64,000 nucleotides of DNA from an uncultured delta proteobacterium (GTDB lineage Bacteria; Desulfobacterota; Desulfuromonadia; Geobacterales; DSM-12255): contig CAWBBV010000023.1 in assembly GCA_963787125.1 (NCBI GenBank), positions 32,001 through 96,000 of the forward strand. The letters are read 5' to 3'. The notes under the pieces are model-generated. The model was not told the DNA's origin. It saw only the letters and a list, made by a program, of their open reading frames with translations, and did no database searches. A program made the position numbers and the translations under genes. This document shows positions 19,248 to 28,991 of the stretch, one piece after another. Every line of letters starts with the position of its first letter. The stretch's first letter is position 1.

Positions 19248-20114
19248 ATGCGATATCTGTTAGAGCACGAAACAATTCTCGAATATCCGCAAACGGTGCG
19301 CGAGCATCACATTGAATTACGCCTGGCCCCTCGCTCAGACGGGCACCAGCAGGTTATCTCCTGCAGCATCGAAACAGAGCCGGCCGCTGAACTGGCAACC
19401 TATGTTGACTATTTCGGTAACCGGACCGATTATTTCTGTGTCATCCCACCGCACAGCCGGTTGGTAACGCGTCTGCGGAGTGAAGTGGAGACACTTAAGG
19501 AAAACCCCTTCAGCTTTGCCGCAATTGCGCCTGCAGAAGAAGGTGAGTGGCTGCGTAAAGCGATTCGGGCAACCCCCGCAATGAACGATTTTGTTCTGCA
19601 TCGCAGCGTTTTGACCCCTGTTGCCCTGAAACTGGCCGAAGTCATTGAGCATGCGTTGCCGAGGCTGGACAAAGAACGGCCGCTGCTGGACTCACTGCTG
19701 GAGCTGCTGGCCTGGGTACCGACGGTGATGGAGTATCGTACCGGATCCACCGAAGTTCATGGTGCACTGGTGGCAGCAGTGACACAGGGTGGGGGCGTAT
19801 GCCAGGATTTTGCCCATTTATTCATTACAGTCGCCCGCTCCTGGGGCATTCCCGCCCGCTATGTCATGGGGTATCTTGATCCGGGTGTCAGCCAGAACGG
19901 CGAAAAAATGTCCACTCACGCCTGGGCAGAAGCGCTGGTGCCCGGTGCCGGCTGGGTCGGTTTTGATGCGACCCATAATTTGTTGACGAATGATCATTAC
20001 ATCGCCGTTGCCGTTGGCCGGGACTCCTACGATGCCGCACCCCAGCGGGGCAGCTTCAAGGGGGAATCTTCCGGAGCGCAGCCGTCCGTGACGGTAACGA
20101 TGCAGGCACAGTAA
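19248..20114 (+). CDS. Transglutaminase family protein with bacterial TGase N-terminal domain
   Basis: DYFGN; triad GVCQDFAH / THAWAE / GFDAT; GRDSYD. Confidence 0.9.
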   Translation: MRYLLEHETILEYPQTVREHHIELRLAPRSDGHQQVISCSIETEPAAELATYVDYFGNRTDYFCVIPPHSRLVTRLRSEVETLKENPFSFAAIAPAEEGEWLRKAIRATPAMNDFVLHRSVLTPVALKLAEVIEHALPRLDKERPLLDSLLELLAWVPTVMEYRTGSTEVHGALVAAVTQGGGVCQDFAHLFITVARSWGIPARYVMGYLDPGVSQNGEKMSTHAWAEALVPGAGWVGFDATHNLLTNDHYIAVAVGRDSYDAAPQRGSFKGESSGAQPSVTVTMQAQ

Positions 20115-20117
20115 GGC

Positions 20118-20197
20118 AATTATGAGGGATGAAGTATGAATTATGAAAACATCAATTCTTTATTACCTCATAATTCATCCTTCATAATTCATAAATT
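20118..20197. repeat. Intergenic hairpin built from 7-nt repeats (TTATGAA / TTCATAA)
   Basis: Four forward and four inverted heptamers. Confidence 0.8.
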
Positions 20198-20215
20198 TCT
20201 CTTAAAGGGCCAACG

Positions 20216-21190
20216 ATGTCCTCACCACCAACCATGAAAATCGAAACATTTTTTACCATAGATATGCCCTACTGTGAGCGGATGGAGATCCGCCGCACGG
20301 TGTTCAGCGGTGGCGACGGCCCGCGGGTTGCGGTTGTGGCCGGTCTCCATGGCGATGAACTGGAAGGGCTTTATGTCTGTCATCGTCTGGCGGTCTGGCT
20401 TGATGAACTGCAGCGAACTGCTCCCGACAGTCTGCTGGGGAGTGTGGAACTCTACCCGGCGGTCAATACTCTCGGTCTGGACACTTTGACCCGTGGCCTG
20501 CCGGTATTCGACACCGATCTCAACCGGGCTTTCCCTGGTTCAAGCGGCGGGCCGCTGCCGGAACGGCTGGCTGCCGCACTCATGTCAGCACTAACCGGGG
20601 CAGCGCTGGTGGTCGATATCCATGCCAGCAACATCTATCTGCGGGAGATTCCCCAGGTCCGGATCAACCAGGATTTTGATGATCTGCTGGTGCCGATCGC
20701 CCGCCGTATGAACCTGGATCTGATCTGGCTGCATGGCGCAGCCACAGTGCTGGAAACCACGGTGGCCCACAGTCTCAACAGTCGCGCTACCCCCTGTCTG
20801 GTGGTAGAGATGGGGGTAGGGATGCGGATTACCCCGGAATACTGCGACCAGCTGGTGGCCGGTATCCTGACCGTCTGGAAGGATCTGGGGTTGCTGGCAC
20901 CCGATGTGGCCTTGCCGGCAATCACCCACACACCGCTGATCGCCGATGACAGTAATGTTCATTACCTCAATGCCCAGACCTCCGGAATGTTTGTCTCGAC
21001 AACTTCCCACTGGACCGACGTGCGCCGGGGAGAACTGCTCGGAACCATCATTTCGCCGTTTTGTGGTGATGTGCTGTCTGAAGTGCGTTCACCGGTGGAC
21101 GGCATCCTCTTCACCCTGCGGGAATATCCGCTGGTCTACGAGGGCTCGCTGATGGCTCGGGTCATGGCCCGCCCGGGAGGTCGATCATGA
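20216..21190 (+). CDS. M14 family AstE/AspA-like metallo-deacylase, copy 1
   Basis: GLHGDE, DLNRAFPG, DIHAS, VVEMG. Confidence 0.85.
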   Translation: MSSPPTMKIETFFTIDMPYCERMEIRRTVFSGGDGPRVAVVAGLHGDELEGLYVCHRLAVWLDELQRTAPDSLLGSVELYPAVNTLGLDTLTRGLPVFDTDLNRAFPGSSGGPLPERLAAALMSALTGAALVVDIHASNIYLREIPQVRINQDFDDLLVPIARRMNLDLIWLHGAATVLETTVAHSLNSRATPCLVVEMGVGMRITPEYCDQLVAGILTVWKDLGLLAPDVALPAITHTPLIADDSNVHYLNAQTSGMFVSTTSHWTDVRRGELLGTIISPFCGDVLSEVRSPVDGILFTLREYPLVYEGSLMARVMARPGGRS

Positions 21191-22131
21191 AGCGTAACCT
21201 GCTCTGCATGACTGCCCCGGTGCGCGAGGGCTTCGACATCCCCTGCCACGAGATCGGTCCGAAATCAGCTCACCCGGCGGTTGCCATGGTGGCCGGGCTC
21301 CATGGTGACGAGATCAACGGCGTCTTTATCCTGTCGCGCCTGGCAGACTTCCTCAACGGTGTAGAGGCTGGTAAATATCCCGAGCTGCAGCTGGCCAAAC
21401 GGGTGCTGATCATCCCGGCCGTCAATGTGCTGGGGGTCAATCTGCGTACCCGTACCTGGCCTTTTGACAAATCCGACATCAACCGGATGTTCCCCGGCAG
21501 CACCGGCGGGGAAACGACCCAGCGCATCGCCTATGCACTGCTAGAGGCGACCAAGCGGGCTGATTACCGCATCGATATCCACACTGCCAGTGCCGATTTC
21601 GAGGAGATCCCTCAGGTGCGCCTGCACGGTCCGAGTGCTGCCGAGCGGGAAACCGCCCGGCTGTTCGGCTTGTCAGCTATTATGGAACGCTCGCTTTCTC
21701 CGGTCTTCACCACCACCATGATGGCTTCCTGGAAAGTCTGGCCCGGCGAGAGTTTTGTCCTGCGGGTAGGGCAGGCCGGCACCGTCCAGCTTGATCATTG
21801 TCAGCGGGTCTTCCGGGCACTGGTCTCGTTTCTTGGCAGGGTCGGCGTTCTGCAAGGGGTGCAGATCGAAGTGGAGGACGAGGAAATCTGCTGTTTTGAC
21901 AAGGCAAGCGCTTTCCGTGTTTACGCCGAAAAAGCCGGCACTTTTGTTTCCGACCGTCAGGTGGGGCGCTGGGTGCGGGCCGGACAGGAGTTGGGCTACA
22001 TCTATGACAGCTTCAGTGGCAATATCATCGAGAAAGTTGTCTCGCCTGTGCCAGGCTTGCTAACGGGCATTCGCCGCCATCCACTGCTTTTTGAAGGGGA
22101 CCTTATCGTGCGGGTCAACCGGAAGAGTTGA
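21187..22131 (+). CDS. M14 family AstE/AspA-like protein, copy 2
   Basis: GLHGDE, DINRMFPG, DIHTAS; ATGA overlap with copy 1; VLRVG where copy 1 has VVEMG. Confidence 0.85.
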   Translation: MKRNLLCMTAPVREGFDIPCHEIGPKSAHPAVAMVAGLHGDEINGVFILSRLADFLNGVEAGKYPELQLAKRVLIIPAVNVLGVNLRTRTWPFDKSDINRMFPGSTGGETTQRIAYALLEATKRADYRIDIHTASADFEEIPQVRLHGPSAAERETARLFGLSAIMERSLSPVFTTTMMASWKVWPGESFVLRVGQAGTVQLDHCQRVFRALVSFLGRVGVLQGVQIEVEDEEICCFDKASAFRVYAEKAGTFVSDRQVGRWVRAGQELGYIYDSFSGNIIEKVVSPVPGLLTGIRRHPLLFEGDLIVRVNRKS

Positions 22132-22159
22132 GTTTTCAAACAGGACTGTGAGAGTAAAC

Positions 22160-22843
22160 ATGCTGCATATCATTCAGAATGATCCTGAAGTACCCCCCGG
22201 ATCCATTGCCGATTTTCTTACTGTTCCTTATCTTGTTCATCACCCGTATCGTGACGGTCTGCTCCCGCAGCTGAAGGACGTTTCAGCGCTTATCGTCCTC
22301 GGCGGCGCCATGGGGGCAAATGATGACAGCAAACACCCCTTCCTGATCGATCTGAAGGAACTCATCTGCCAGGTTGTGGCCGCCGGCATCCCCTATCTCG
22401 GGGTCTGTCTTGGCGGACAGCTGCTGGCAGCGGCTCTCGGGGCGAAAGTTGTGTCGAATCGCTGGGAAGAGATCGGCCATTTCAGCGCTTCCTTGACGGA
22501 AGAGGGGAAAAGGGATCAGCTCTTTAAAGGAATTCTGCCGGAGTTTCTGACCTTCCAGTGGCACCACGACAGCTTTGACATCCCGGTGGGCGGGGTATTG
22601 CTGGCTTCTTCAGCCGCCTGTCCCCATCAGGCGTTCCTGGTGGGAGACACTGCCTGGGGGGTGCAGTTTCATCCAGAGGTGACGGAAGAGATTATCCGCT
22701 GCTGGTCTGCCTGGGGCAGGTCCACCTCAGGCAGAGTTGAAGATTTAGTGGCGGGATTCAGGGCAGGGGCGGAAAGTTACCGGGTAATTGTCAGTCTGTT
22801 ACTGCAGAATTTTCTGTTGGCGGCAAAGCTGCTGCCGATCTAG
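22160..22843 (+). CDS. Type 1 glutamine amidotransferase
   Basis: LGGAMG, GVCLGGQL (Cys), QWHHD, QFHPE (His-Glu). Confidence 0.9.
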   Translation: MLHIIQNDPEVPPGSIADFLTVPYLVHHPYRDGLLPQLKDVSALIVLGGAMGANDDSKHPFLIDLKELICQVVAAGIPYLGVCLGGQLLAAALGAKVVSNRWEEIGHFSASLTEEGKRDQLFKGILPEFLTFQWHHDSFDIPVGGVLLASSAACPHQAFLVGDTAWGVQFHPEVTEEIIRCWSAWGRSTSGRVEDLVAGFRAGAESYRVIVSLLLQNFLLAAKLLPI

Positions 22844-22880
22844 TCCTGAAACACGATACTTCCTTTTCTCCGGGCAGATA

Positions 22881-22909
22881 TTTTTTGTGTTGACTGACAG
22901 CACAAAAAA
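22881..22909. promoter_or_regulatory. Inverted repeat overlapping TTGACT, probable vapBC operator/promoter
   Basis: TTTTTTGTGTTG-ACTGA-CAGCACAAAAAA. Confidence 0.5.
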
Positions 22910-22950
22910 CATGATACTTCTTGTGCAATTATCTTATGGAGGTAGATAAT

Positions 22951-23160
22951 ATGGTACGTGCAACCGTAACCCTTCCCCAGGATCTGCTGACCGAACTTAT
23001 GGCTCTGGTTGGCGCTAAAAGCAAGACTGAAGCTGTTATCACCGCAGTAAAGGATGAAATCCGACTGCGAAAGGCCGCCCGCATCAAAGCTATGGCCGGA
23101 GTCATGGATTTCACCATGACGGCTGCAGAACTTCGCCATGGGGACCAGCGCCTTGGCTAG
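22951..23160 (+). CDS. vapB: VapB-type antitoxin
   Basis: 69 aa RHH-like (RATVTLPQDLL...KSKTEAV) overlapping a PIN gene. Confidence 0.8.
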   Translation: MVRATVTLPQDLLTELMALVGAKSKTEAVITAVKDEIRLRKAARIKAMAGVMDFTMTAAELRHGDQRLG

Positions 23161-23548
23161 AGTGTTGGTGGACACATCGGTCTGGATCGAGTTCTTTCGC
23201 AAGCACGAACCGTATCACGGTATCGTCACGCGGCTGATAGACGAAGAGCAGGTTGTCTGCTGCGGCATTATCCTGGCGGAATTGATGCAGGGGGCAAAAT
23301 CAGACAAAGAACTGGCAGTGTTGGCTGACTTCCTCCAGGTTTTCACGTTTATCCCCGAAACAGCTGAACTGTGGGTAGCCGCCGGGAAGTTGTCATTTCA
23401 GCTACGCCGCAAAGGGATAACCATCGGCCTCTCCGATTGCTATATCGCCGTTGCTGCCGCCTCTGCCCGTCTCCAGGTGGCAACCCTGGACAGTCATTTT
23501 GAGGCGCTCTGCAAACCTGCCAGGATCACTCTTTATCAGTTTTCGTAG
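23138..23548 (+). CDS. vapC: PIN-domain toxin
   Basis: VLVDTSVWIE, AELMQG, SDCYIA, TLDSHF; start may be TTG 23153. Confidence 0.9.
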   Translation: MGTSALARVLVDTSVWIEFFRKHEPYHGIVTRLIDEEQVVCCGIILAELMQGAKSDKELAVLADFLQVFTFIPETAELWVAAGKLSFQLRRKGITIGLSDCYIAVAAASARLQVATLDSHFEALCKPARITLYQFS

Positions 23549-23662
23549 CTGGTGTCAGGTAAACGCTCCCCAAGTGTAGAGTTGCTGCTGAAATTCTCCA
23601 GAGCTCTTGATTGCGATATGGATGATTTGATCAAAGATGTTGATAGTCAAGACTACCATTAA
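23549..23662 (+). pseudogene. C-terminal remnant of an XRE/HTH_3 regulator
   Basis: Reads LVSGKRSPSVELLLKFSRALDCDMDDLIKD...* with no start codon of its own. Confidence 0.55.
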
Positions 23663-23729
23663 AGTTGAGGTGAACGTACCGGAGGATTTTGCCCGGTTGT
23701 AGCAACTGGCTGCTTTTCAAGAAAGGATC

Positions 23730-23769
23730 AGACCTCGGAGGGTTTAAAAGCCTTCGAGGTCTTTTTTTT
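23730..23769. repeat. REP-like hairpin / terminator, related to 52527-52560
   Basis: AGACCTCGGAGGGTTTAAAAGCCTTCGAGGTCT plus T-run. Confidence 0.65.
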
Positions 23770-23774
23770 ATCCA

Positions 23775-23846
23775 TCACAAGGCGAACATTCCCGCTGTAA
23801 CTTCCCGTGCCTGGCCAAGCGCAGCAAGAGTTTGCAGTAGTTCGGC
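23775..23846 (-). pseudogene. 3'-end remnant of a second copy of the methyltransferase gene
   Basis: Encodes [23 protein letters not shown], versus [23 protein letters not shown] at the end of 24737-28228. Confidence 0.85.
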
Positions 23847-24060
23847 ATTTACCGGTCAGAGTGCGCTTCTCGTGAAGGCATTATCACCTGTTCGACACGC
23901 ATGGTTTGGGTTTGCACTCTTTCCTTCTTCCACCATTTCGATGAGTCAGTCTCAAATTGATTTCGTGGATCTCTAAAACCGCCCTGCATGTGGCAGGACG
24001 GATGTTCAGGAACGCTTTGCAATATGATGAGGCGATAGGTCCCGGAAAGAGAGGGTAAGG

Positions 24061-24348
24061 TCAGACCCGCTTGCGGGCGGTCCGGTACACTTCATCATTG
24101 CGGCGTGGACCAACTGCCACAATCAAAACCTCGATAAACTCGGCATTAACGCGGTATACAATACGGACATCACCGGTTCGGATGCGGCGGCAGCCTGCCA
24201 GTTCTCCTGCAAGCGGTTTACCGGTTTTTTCCGGCTCGCCATCGCGAATACGGGTTTCAATCGTTTTGAGTACCGCCCGCGCCTGGTATTTCCCCAGGTC
24301 ATCCAGGTCATCCGCAACCTCGTGGTGATAGATTACCCGCCAGGTCAC
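24061..24348 (-). CDS. RelE/ParE family toxin
   Basis: GKPLAGELAGCRRIRTGDVRIVY, VGPRRNDEVY. Confidence 0.9.
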   Translation of the reverse strand: MTWRVIYHHEVADDLDDLGKYQARAVLKTIETRIRDGEPEKTGKPLAGELAGCRRIRTGDVRIVYRVNAEFIEVLIVAVGPRRNDEVYRTARKRV

Positions 24349-24641
24349 GCTTCATCCTCATCGGCAAACCTTTTCAGCATATCTTCGTGGCTGATGGCCC
24401 TGGAACGATCGTAACTCTGGAGCCGTTCTCTTGCTGTCAGTTGGATATGCAGATCGTCCAGTTCGTCCATCATGGCCTCGTAGATGGAGACCGGCATCAT
24501 CACCGCTGCCGGGGCGTTGTTGCGCATTACCACGTATTTTTCCTGCTTGCCGCTGCAGAGACGATCAAAAATGGTCTTGGCGGAACGGGAAACTTCGGTA
24601 ACTGAAACAGCCTGGTCGGAGCGTTCAAGCAGTGAGCGCAT
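24345..24641 (-). CDS. Phd/YefM family antitoxin
   Basis: VSVTEV, VVMRNNAPAAVMM; 4-nt overlap with the toxin; TATGATAATA direct repeats upstream. Confidence 0.85.
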   Translation of the reverse strand: MRSLLERSDQAVSVTEVSRSAKTIFDRLCSGKQEKYVVMRNNAPAAVMMPVSIYEAMMDELDDLHIQLTARERLQSYDRSRAISHEDMLKRFADEDEA

Positions 24642-24736
24642 ATCGTTACCTCCTGATACATCTAATTATATGATAATAGTATGATAATAATTTGCTCTAG
24701 TCAAAAACTATATTCACCTGGTTAGGAGTCTGGCAC

Positions 24737-27700
24737 CTACAACGCAAACTTCCCTGCTTCCACTTCCCGCGCCTGGCCAAGCGCAGCAAGGGTTTGCAGC
24801 AGTTCGGCGACCTTATCGGTCCGGGCGCGCTGAAAGGCTCGTGCCAGCGATTCCGCTGTCTGCGGGGCTTCAGCGGCGATGAGCGCGGCGCGGACGGCCT
24901 GCACCTGCTCCGGCAGGGTTTTGGGCCAGAGGGGTTTGGAGTTTCCCCCCTCACCCCGGCCCTCTCCCAGAGGGAGAGGGAGCAAGCCTTGATATCCCTC
25001 GCCCCCTGGGAGAGGGTGGCCGCAGGCCGGGTGAGGGAGGGTGTCTGGTTTTTGATACTCCGGCCTGAGCCAGCGGATAAACCCTTCCGCTTCTTCTTTT
25101 GCCCGTTCAGCGTTGAGAGCGACCAGTTTTTCCAGAATCTCCTCGTCGGTCAGATCCACCGGCCAGCCGTAGGCTTCAGCAACAGCGGTGTCCAGTTCGT
25201 CATGGAGCTGCTTGAGTACGGACACCAGCCCCTGTTCGTGAATGGTTTTTTCTTTGGTGGTCAGTGGCTCGGCACTGCGCAGCTTCTCCAGCACGTTATA
25301 CATGCCGGTCAGGGTCAGCTCGGGGAAAAGCCCCTGCTGCCGCTTTCTATGGGCGTCCAGCTCTTCGGCGAGGGTGCGGATTTTCTGTCTTTGGGCGTCG
25401 TTGGCAGTGGGGAAGGGGAACTTATTGAAGCAGTCGGTATGGTTATATGTCGAGTCATTGCCGACGCCCAACCAACCACCTGTTGCCATTGACCAAACGA
25501 TATGTAGTTTTGACGTCAGGACTCCAAGCACAAATGGATCACTGCTTGCGATAACAACTATCTTGCTTTCGGCAATGAGGTTAGCAGGCAGAAAATGGAA
25601 GATTCGGAATTTGGCAGTCCTTGTTGTGCCAATAAACCGATCTAATCCAAACAGTGCTTTTCGAAGAGCTTCACTAGACCTTCTAAAAAGCCACCATTTA
25701 GTTGCAGTCCTTTGTTCTCTGTTTACTCCTCTTTCTGGAAGGACGTTATCTATAACGTGCTGCAAAAGAATTGGGTAACATCTCGATTCATCGAGAGATT
25801 TACCGAAAAAATCAATCACATAACGTTCGCAACAGCCTTTGACTAGGTCGCTTCCATTCATGTAAGGTTTTAAAATCTGCCCAAGAGTGTCATCTGCAAT
25901 AAGCCGATTTTGAGCTTCTGATGCTGAAATCAGAAATCCTTGGCTTCCCAACTCAAAACCTTTAATTGCAAGGTCTGAATTTGATTTTAATGGTGATGTC
26001 CCAATTAAATTAGCTCCAACCGTCAAATCAGCATGGATCATCCCCCGCCGGTTCGCCAGCTCAACCTCAACCCCTTCACCACTCCCTTCCCGCTCAGCAA
26101 CAACCGTAGCCAATATCCCGTCAACCCCCTCTGCACCCGGTTTGCCGACCGTCATGGCGATTCTGACCGCAGCGCCGTCAGCTGAGTCAACCCACGGATG
26201 GTCAGGGATGGCAAAGGCCAGTGACAGCGGCGGCGCAGCTGCCAGCTGCTGCTGAATCACCCGCCGGTTGAAGGTCTGGGTGATGGAGTTGGTGGTGATG
26301 AAACCAAAACGCTGTAGCTTCCCTTTTCTGGTCAATTCGGCAGCCTGCTGCCACCAGAACATGACGAAGTCGGCGGAGTCGGGCACCTCCTGCCACGCAC
26401 TGCGAAGCGCCTCCACATAGCCGTCGCCAAGGGCGCGGCGCATGGTGGCTGCGCCGATAAACGGGGGATTGCCCACCACGTAATCAGCCTCCGGCCATTC
26501 GGCCCGGCGCGGGTTGATATAGCGAAGAACGCCTGTTTGAGAGGCTTCATCGGGAACCTGTTCGCCGGTAACCGGATGGGTCTTGAAGGTACGGCCATCC
26601 CAGCGGCTAACCGGCTGGCCATCGGCAGCCAGCAGCGGCTCGCACCGGTCACTGGCAAGCACCGCATCACGGCACTCTATGTTGCGAAAGCGCTTGATGA
26701 CCGGCTCCGGCGGCATGATTTCGCCACGGGTGCGGAAGTGCCACTGGAGATAGCCGATCCAGAGCACCATGTCGGTAATGGCGGCGGCTCGCGGGTTTAT
26801 TTCGATGCCGAGGAGCTGATGCGGATCGACAGTCAATCCGGCCAGCTCAAGACTTGACTGTTCTTCGCCGAAGCCTTCCAGGGCGTTGAGAACCTCACCT
26901 TCCAGCCTTTTGAGATGTTCAAAGGTGACATAGAGAAAGTTGCCGCTGCCGCAGGCCGGGTCGAGAATTCTGATGGTGCAGAGTTTATGGTGAAACTCTT
27001 TGACGAGCTGAATCGCGCCGGCGCTGCTGCCCTGCCTAGCCAGGATGAACGCGGCGGCAAGCACCGCCTCCCACTCATTTCTAAGCGGCTCGATGACCGT
27101 CGGCATGACCAGCCGCTCCACGTATTCACGGGGGGTGTAGTGAGCGCCCAGGTTGTGGCGTTCATGGGGGTCAAGGGCCCGCTCCAGCAGCGTGCCGAAG
27201 ATGGCGGGCTCAACGTCGCGCCAGTCGGCCTTTGAGGCCTGAAGCAGCAGGGCAAGCTGCTCTTCGCCCACGGGGAGCGCTTCTGCTTCCGCGAAGAGAC
27301 CACCATTGAAACGAAGGATCTTTTCCCGGAGAATTGGCGAGAAACCGCCGTCTTTCATGGTGAGCCAGAGCGATTCCATCATCGGGGCGAATTTGTCGGC
27401 AGAGCCTTTGAGGCTGGAGAGCAGCTCGGTGAAGCAGTTGTGCGGCAGTAGGCCCACATCTTCGGCAAACATGGTGAAGAGGCAGCGTTTGAGGAAGTTG
27501 CCGACTGTTTCCGGGCTATGGCCACTGCTTTCAAACGACTTGGCCAGGAGAGCCAGCCGGTCGGCAATCTGCCGGGTGACACGGGCGCTCTGGCGGGTCG
27601 GGTCGAGGGCAAGCGGTTCGCTCCAGACCCGGCGCAGCCGCTCTCTGACTGCTTCGTCAAGCAGATCGGCCAGGGCGATGCGGTGGGAACGGGGATCAGG

Positions 27701-28228
27701 GAAGGGGAGATAGCTTTTGCCGCTACAGGAGAATTCGCTGTACAGCTCGATAGCATGACCGACATCAACAATCACCAGAAACGGCGGCCACCCCTCGTGG
27801 GCAGGGAGGGCGCGGGCGTACTGCTCGGCCTGCCCCTTGGCCTTGAGCATGGCGATGTCCCAACCGGGAGTGCCGCGAACGGCGGTGCCGCGTTTGCCGG
27901 CTGACCAGCGAACGCCGTCTTCCTTGACAGCAAGTGGCGATTCGCCTGTCTTGTCGCTCCCCTGCTTGGCTTCGCAGACGAAGTGCCTCTGCTTGTACAG
28001 GTCGATTCGGCCGCTGCTGGTGCTGCCGTCGCCGTGGCGGAAGGTGACGCTCCGTTCGAAAACGTAGGCGTTGTCCTTGTCGTCAGGTTTTGTCGGCGTC
28101 GGCCTTTCCACCCCCAAAAGATCGCAGAGTTCTGAAAGAAATAACTGATAGTTGGCCCGTTCGACAGCGCCGGAAACCTCCCAGCGGCGGATGAAATCGG
28201 TGATTTTGGCGGCAGCTGTTTCGGGCAT
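24737..28228 (-). CDS. MmeI-like single-polypeptide restriction-modification enzyme (type IIG/IIL, N6-adenine methyltransferase)
   Basis: N-terminal IDLY...CEAK nuclease-like motif, [17 protein letters not shown] (motif I), GNPPF (motif IV), C-terminal TRD. Confidence 0.85.
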   Translation of the reverse strand: MPETAAAKITDFIRRWEVSGAVERANYQLFLSELCDLLGVERPTPTKPDDKDNAYVFERSVTFRHGDGSTSSGRIDLYKQRHFVCEAKQGSDKTGESPLAVKEDGVRWSAGKRGTAVRGTPGWDIAMLKAKGQAEQYARALPAHEGWPPFLVIVDVGHAIELYSEFSCSGKSYLPFPDPRSHRIALADLLDEAVRERLRRVWSEPLALDPTRQSARVTRQIADRLALLAKSFESSGHSPETVGNFLKRCLFTMFAEDVGLLPHNCFTELLSSLKGSADKFAPMMESLWLTMKDGGFSPILREKILRFNGGLFAEAEALPVGEEQLALLLQASKADWRDVEPAIFGTLLERALDPHERHNLGAHYTPREYVERLVMPTVIEPLRNEWEAVLAAAFILARQGSSAGAIQLVKEFHHKLCTIRILDPACGSGNFLYVTFEHLKRLEGEVLNALEGFGEEQSSLELAGLTVDPHQLLGIEINPRAAAITDMVLWIGYLQWHFRTRGEIMPPEPVIKRFRNIECRDAVLASDRCEPLLAADGQPVSRWDGRTFKTHPVTGEQVPDEASQTGVLRYINPRRAEWPEADYVVGNPPFIGAATMRRALGDGYVEALRSAWQEVPDSADFVMFWWQQAAELTRKGKLQRFGFITTNSITQTFNRRVIQQQLAAAPPLSLAFAIPDHPWVDSADGAAVRIAMTVGKPGAEGVDGILATVVAEREGSGEGVEVELANRRGMIHADLTVGANLIGTSPLKSNSDLAIKGFELGSQGFLISASEAQNRLIADDTLGQILKPYMNGSDLVKGCCERYVIDFFGKSLDESRCYPILLQHVIDNVLPERGVNREQRTATKWWLFRRSSEALRKALFGLDRFIGTTRTAKFRIFHFLPANLIAESKIVVIASSDPFVLGVLTSKLHIVWSMATGGWLGVGNDSTYNHTDCFNKFPFPTANDAQRQKIRTLAEELDAHRKRQQGLFPELTLTGMYNVLEKLRSAEPLTTKEKTIHEQGLVSVLKQLHDELDTAVAEAYGWPVDLTDEEILEKLVALNAERAKEEAEGFIRWLRPEYQKPDTLPHPACGHPLPGGEGYQGLLPLPLGEGRGEGGNSKPLWPKTLPEQVQAVRAALIAAEAPQTAESLARAFQRARTDKVAELLQTLAALGQAREVEAGKFAL
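24948..25037. repeat. Inverted pair of CCCTCTCCC...GGGAGAGGG REP-type palindromes inside the methyltransferase CDS
   Basis: Units at 24948-24980 and 24996-25037. Confidence 0.8.
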
Positions 28229-28398
28229 GGCATCTCCGGGAGCATATGAAAAACTGTCTGCGGGAGATTACACTGTTTTAAGGGTGTTGTCGAGGAGAGG
28301 TGGCGCCAGACCTTCAGAGCAGATAACGACAAAAAAGAGAGTAAAGCTGTCCCGCCGGATGCAGCGTGGTTCTACAGGCTATTTAGAGAATCATGTAG

Positions 28399-28707
28399 TT
28401 ACGGGGTTTTCTCCGTGCAGCCACAGGTTCCGCAGCTGCAGATCCTCAAACCGCAGACCTGGCAGGCCGGATTCATCGGGTCGCGCCCGTCCACTGTTTT
28501 GCCGCAGGCTGGGCACTCATAGCGATACCAGCTGAAGCCGCAGTTGCGGCAGGTAAGCATACCCGTTTCGCCAGCCTTCGGAACGATGTGGACCGAGCCG
28601 CAGATCAGGCAGATGGAGGCCATCTCAGCGCTGTTTCTGATGCCGTCACGGTGTTTGCGGTAGTGATCGAAAAGTTTCTTTGCGGTATCCTTGTCGAGTG
28701 GTTCCAT
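28399..28707 (-). CDS. Cys-rich hypothetical protein (multiple CxxC zinc ribbons)
   Basis: CLICG, CRNCG, CPACG, CQVCG, CSCGTCGC; AGGAG RBS before MEPLDKD. Confidence 0.7.
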   Translation of the reverse strand: MEPLDKDTAKKLFDHYRKHRDGIRNSAEMASICLICGSVHIVPKAGETGMLTCRNCGFSWYRYECPACGKTVDGRDPMNPACQVCGLRICSCGTCGCTEKTP

Positions 28708-28991
28708 AGTATCTCTCCTGATCCTCCAATCGTTTGCAACTTTACTGCCGTTCTGGCGAAAATTATAACTGACCGCTTTCACAATGGCCATTCTTTGCGG
28801 TTGCTGCCCCAGAGGCAGTTTAATGGTTATTAAAAGGGCATAGTTTCATGCGTACGCAAGAAGATAAAGCATCAGGCCGGGAGAATTTATGTGTGGAAGC
28901 GTTAACTAGCCGTAATTACAGTAGTTAATGCAGTGTAGACTTCGGCATGTGTTGTGTAAGGTCAGATATAGCCCTGCTGCTATGGAGGTTA

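Noticed and set aside
19149..20197. Short tandem repeats as a possible CRISPR array
   Set aside because: 7-nt units without unique spacers, arranged as inverted arms; no cas genes
23549..23662. Stop-codon readthrough making a VapC-HTH fusion
   Set aside because: Only the back half of the HTH is present; a deletion scar in frame by chance is simpler
22881..24700. Integron cassette array
   Set aside because: No intI, no recognisable attC core sites, and genes lie in both orientations
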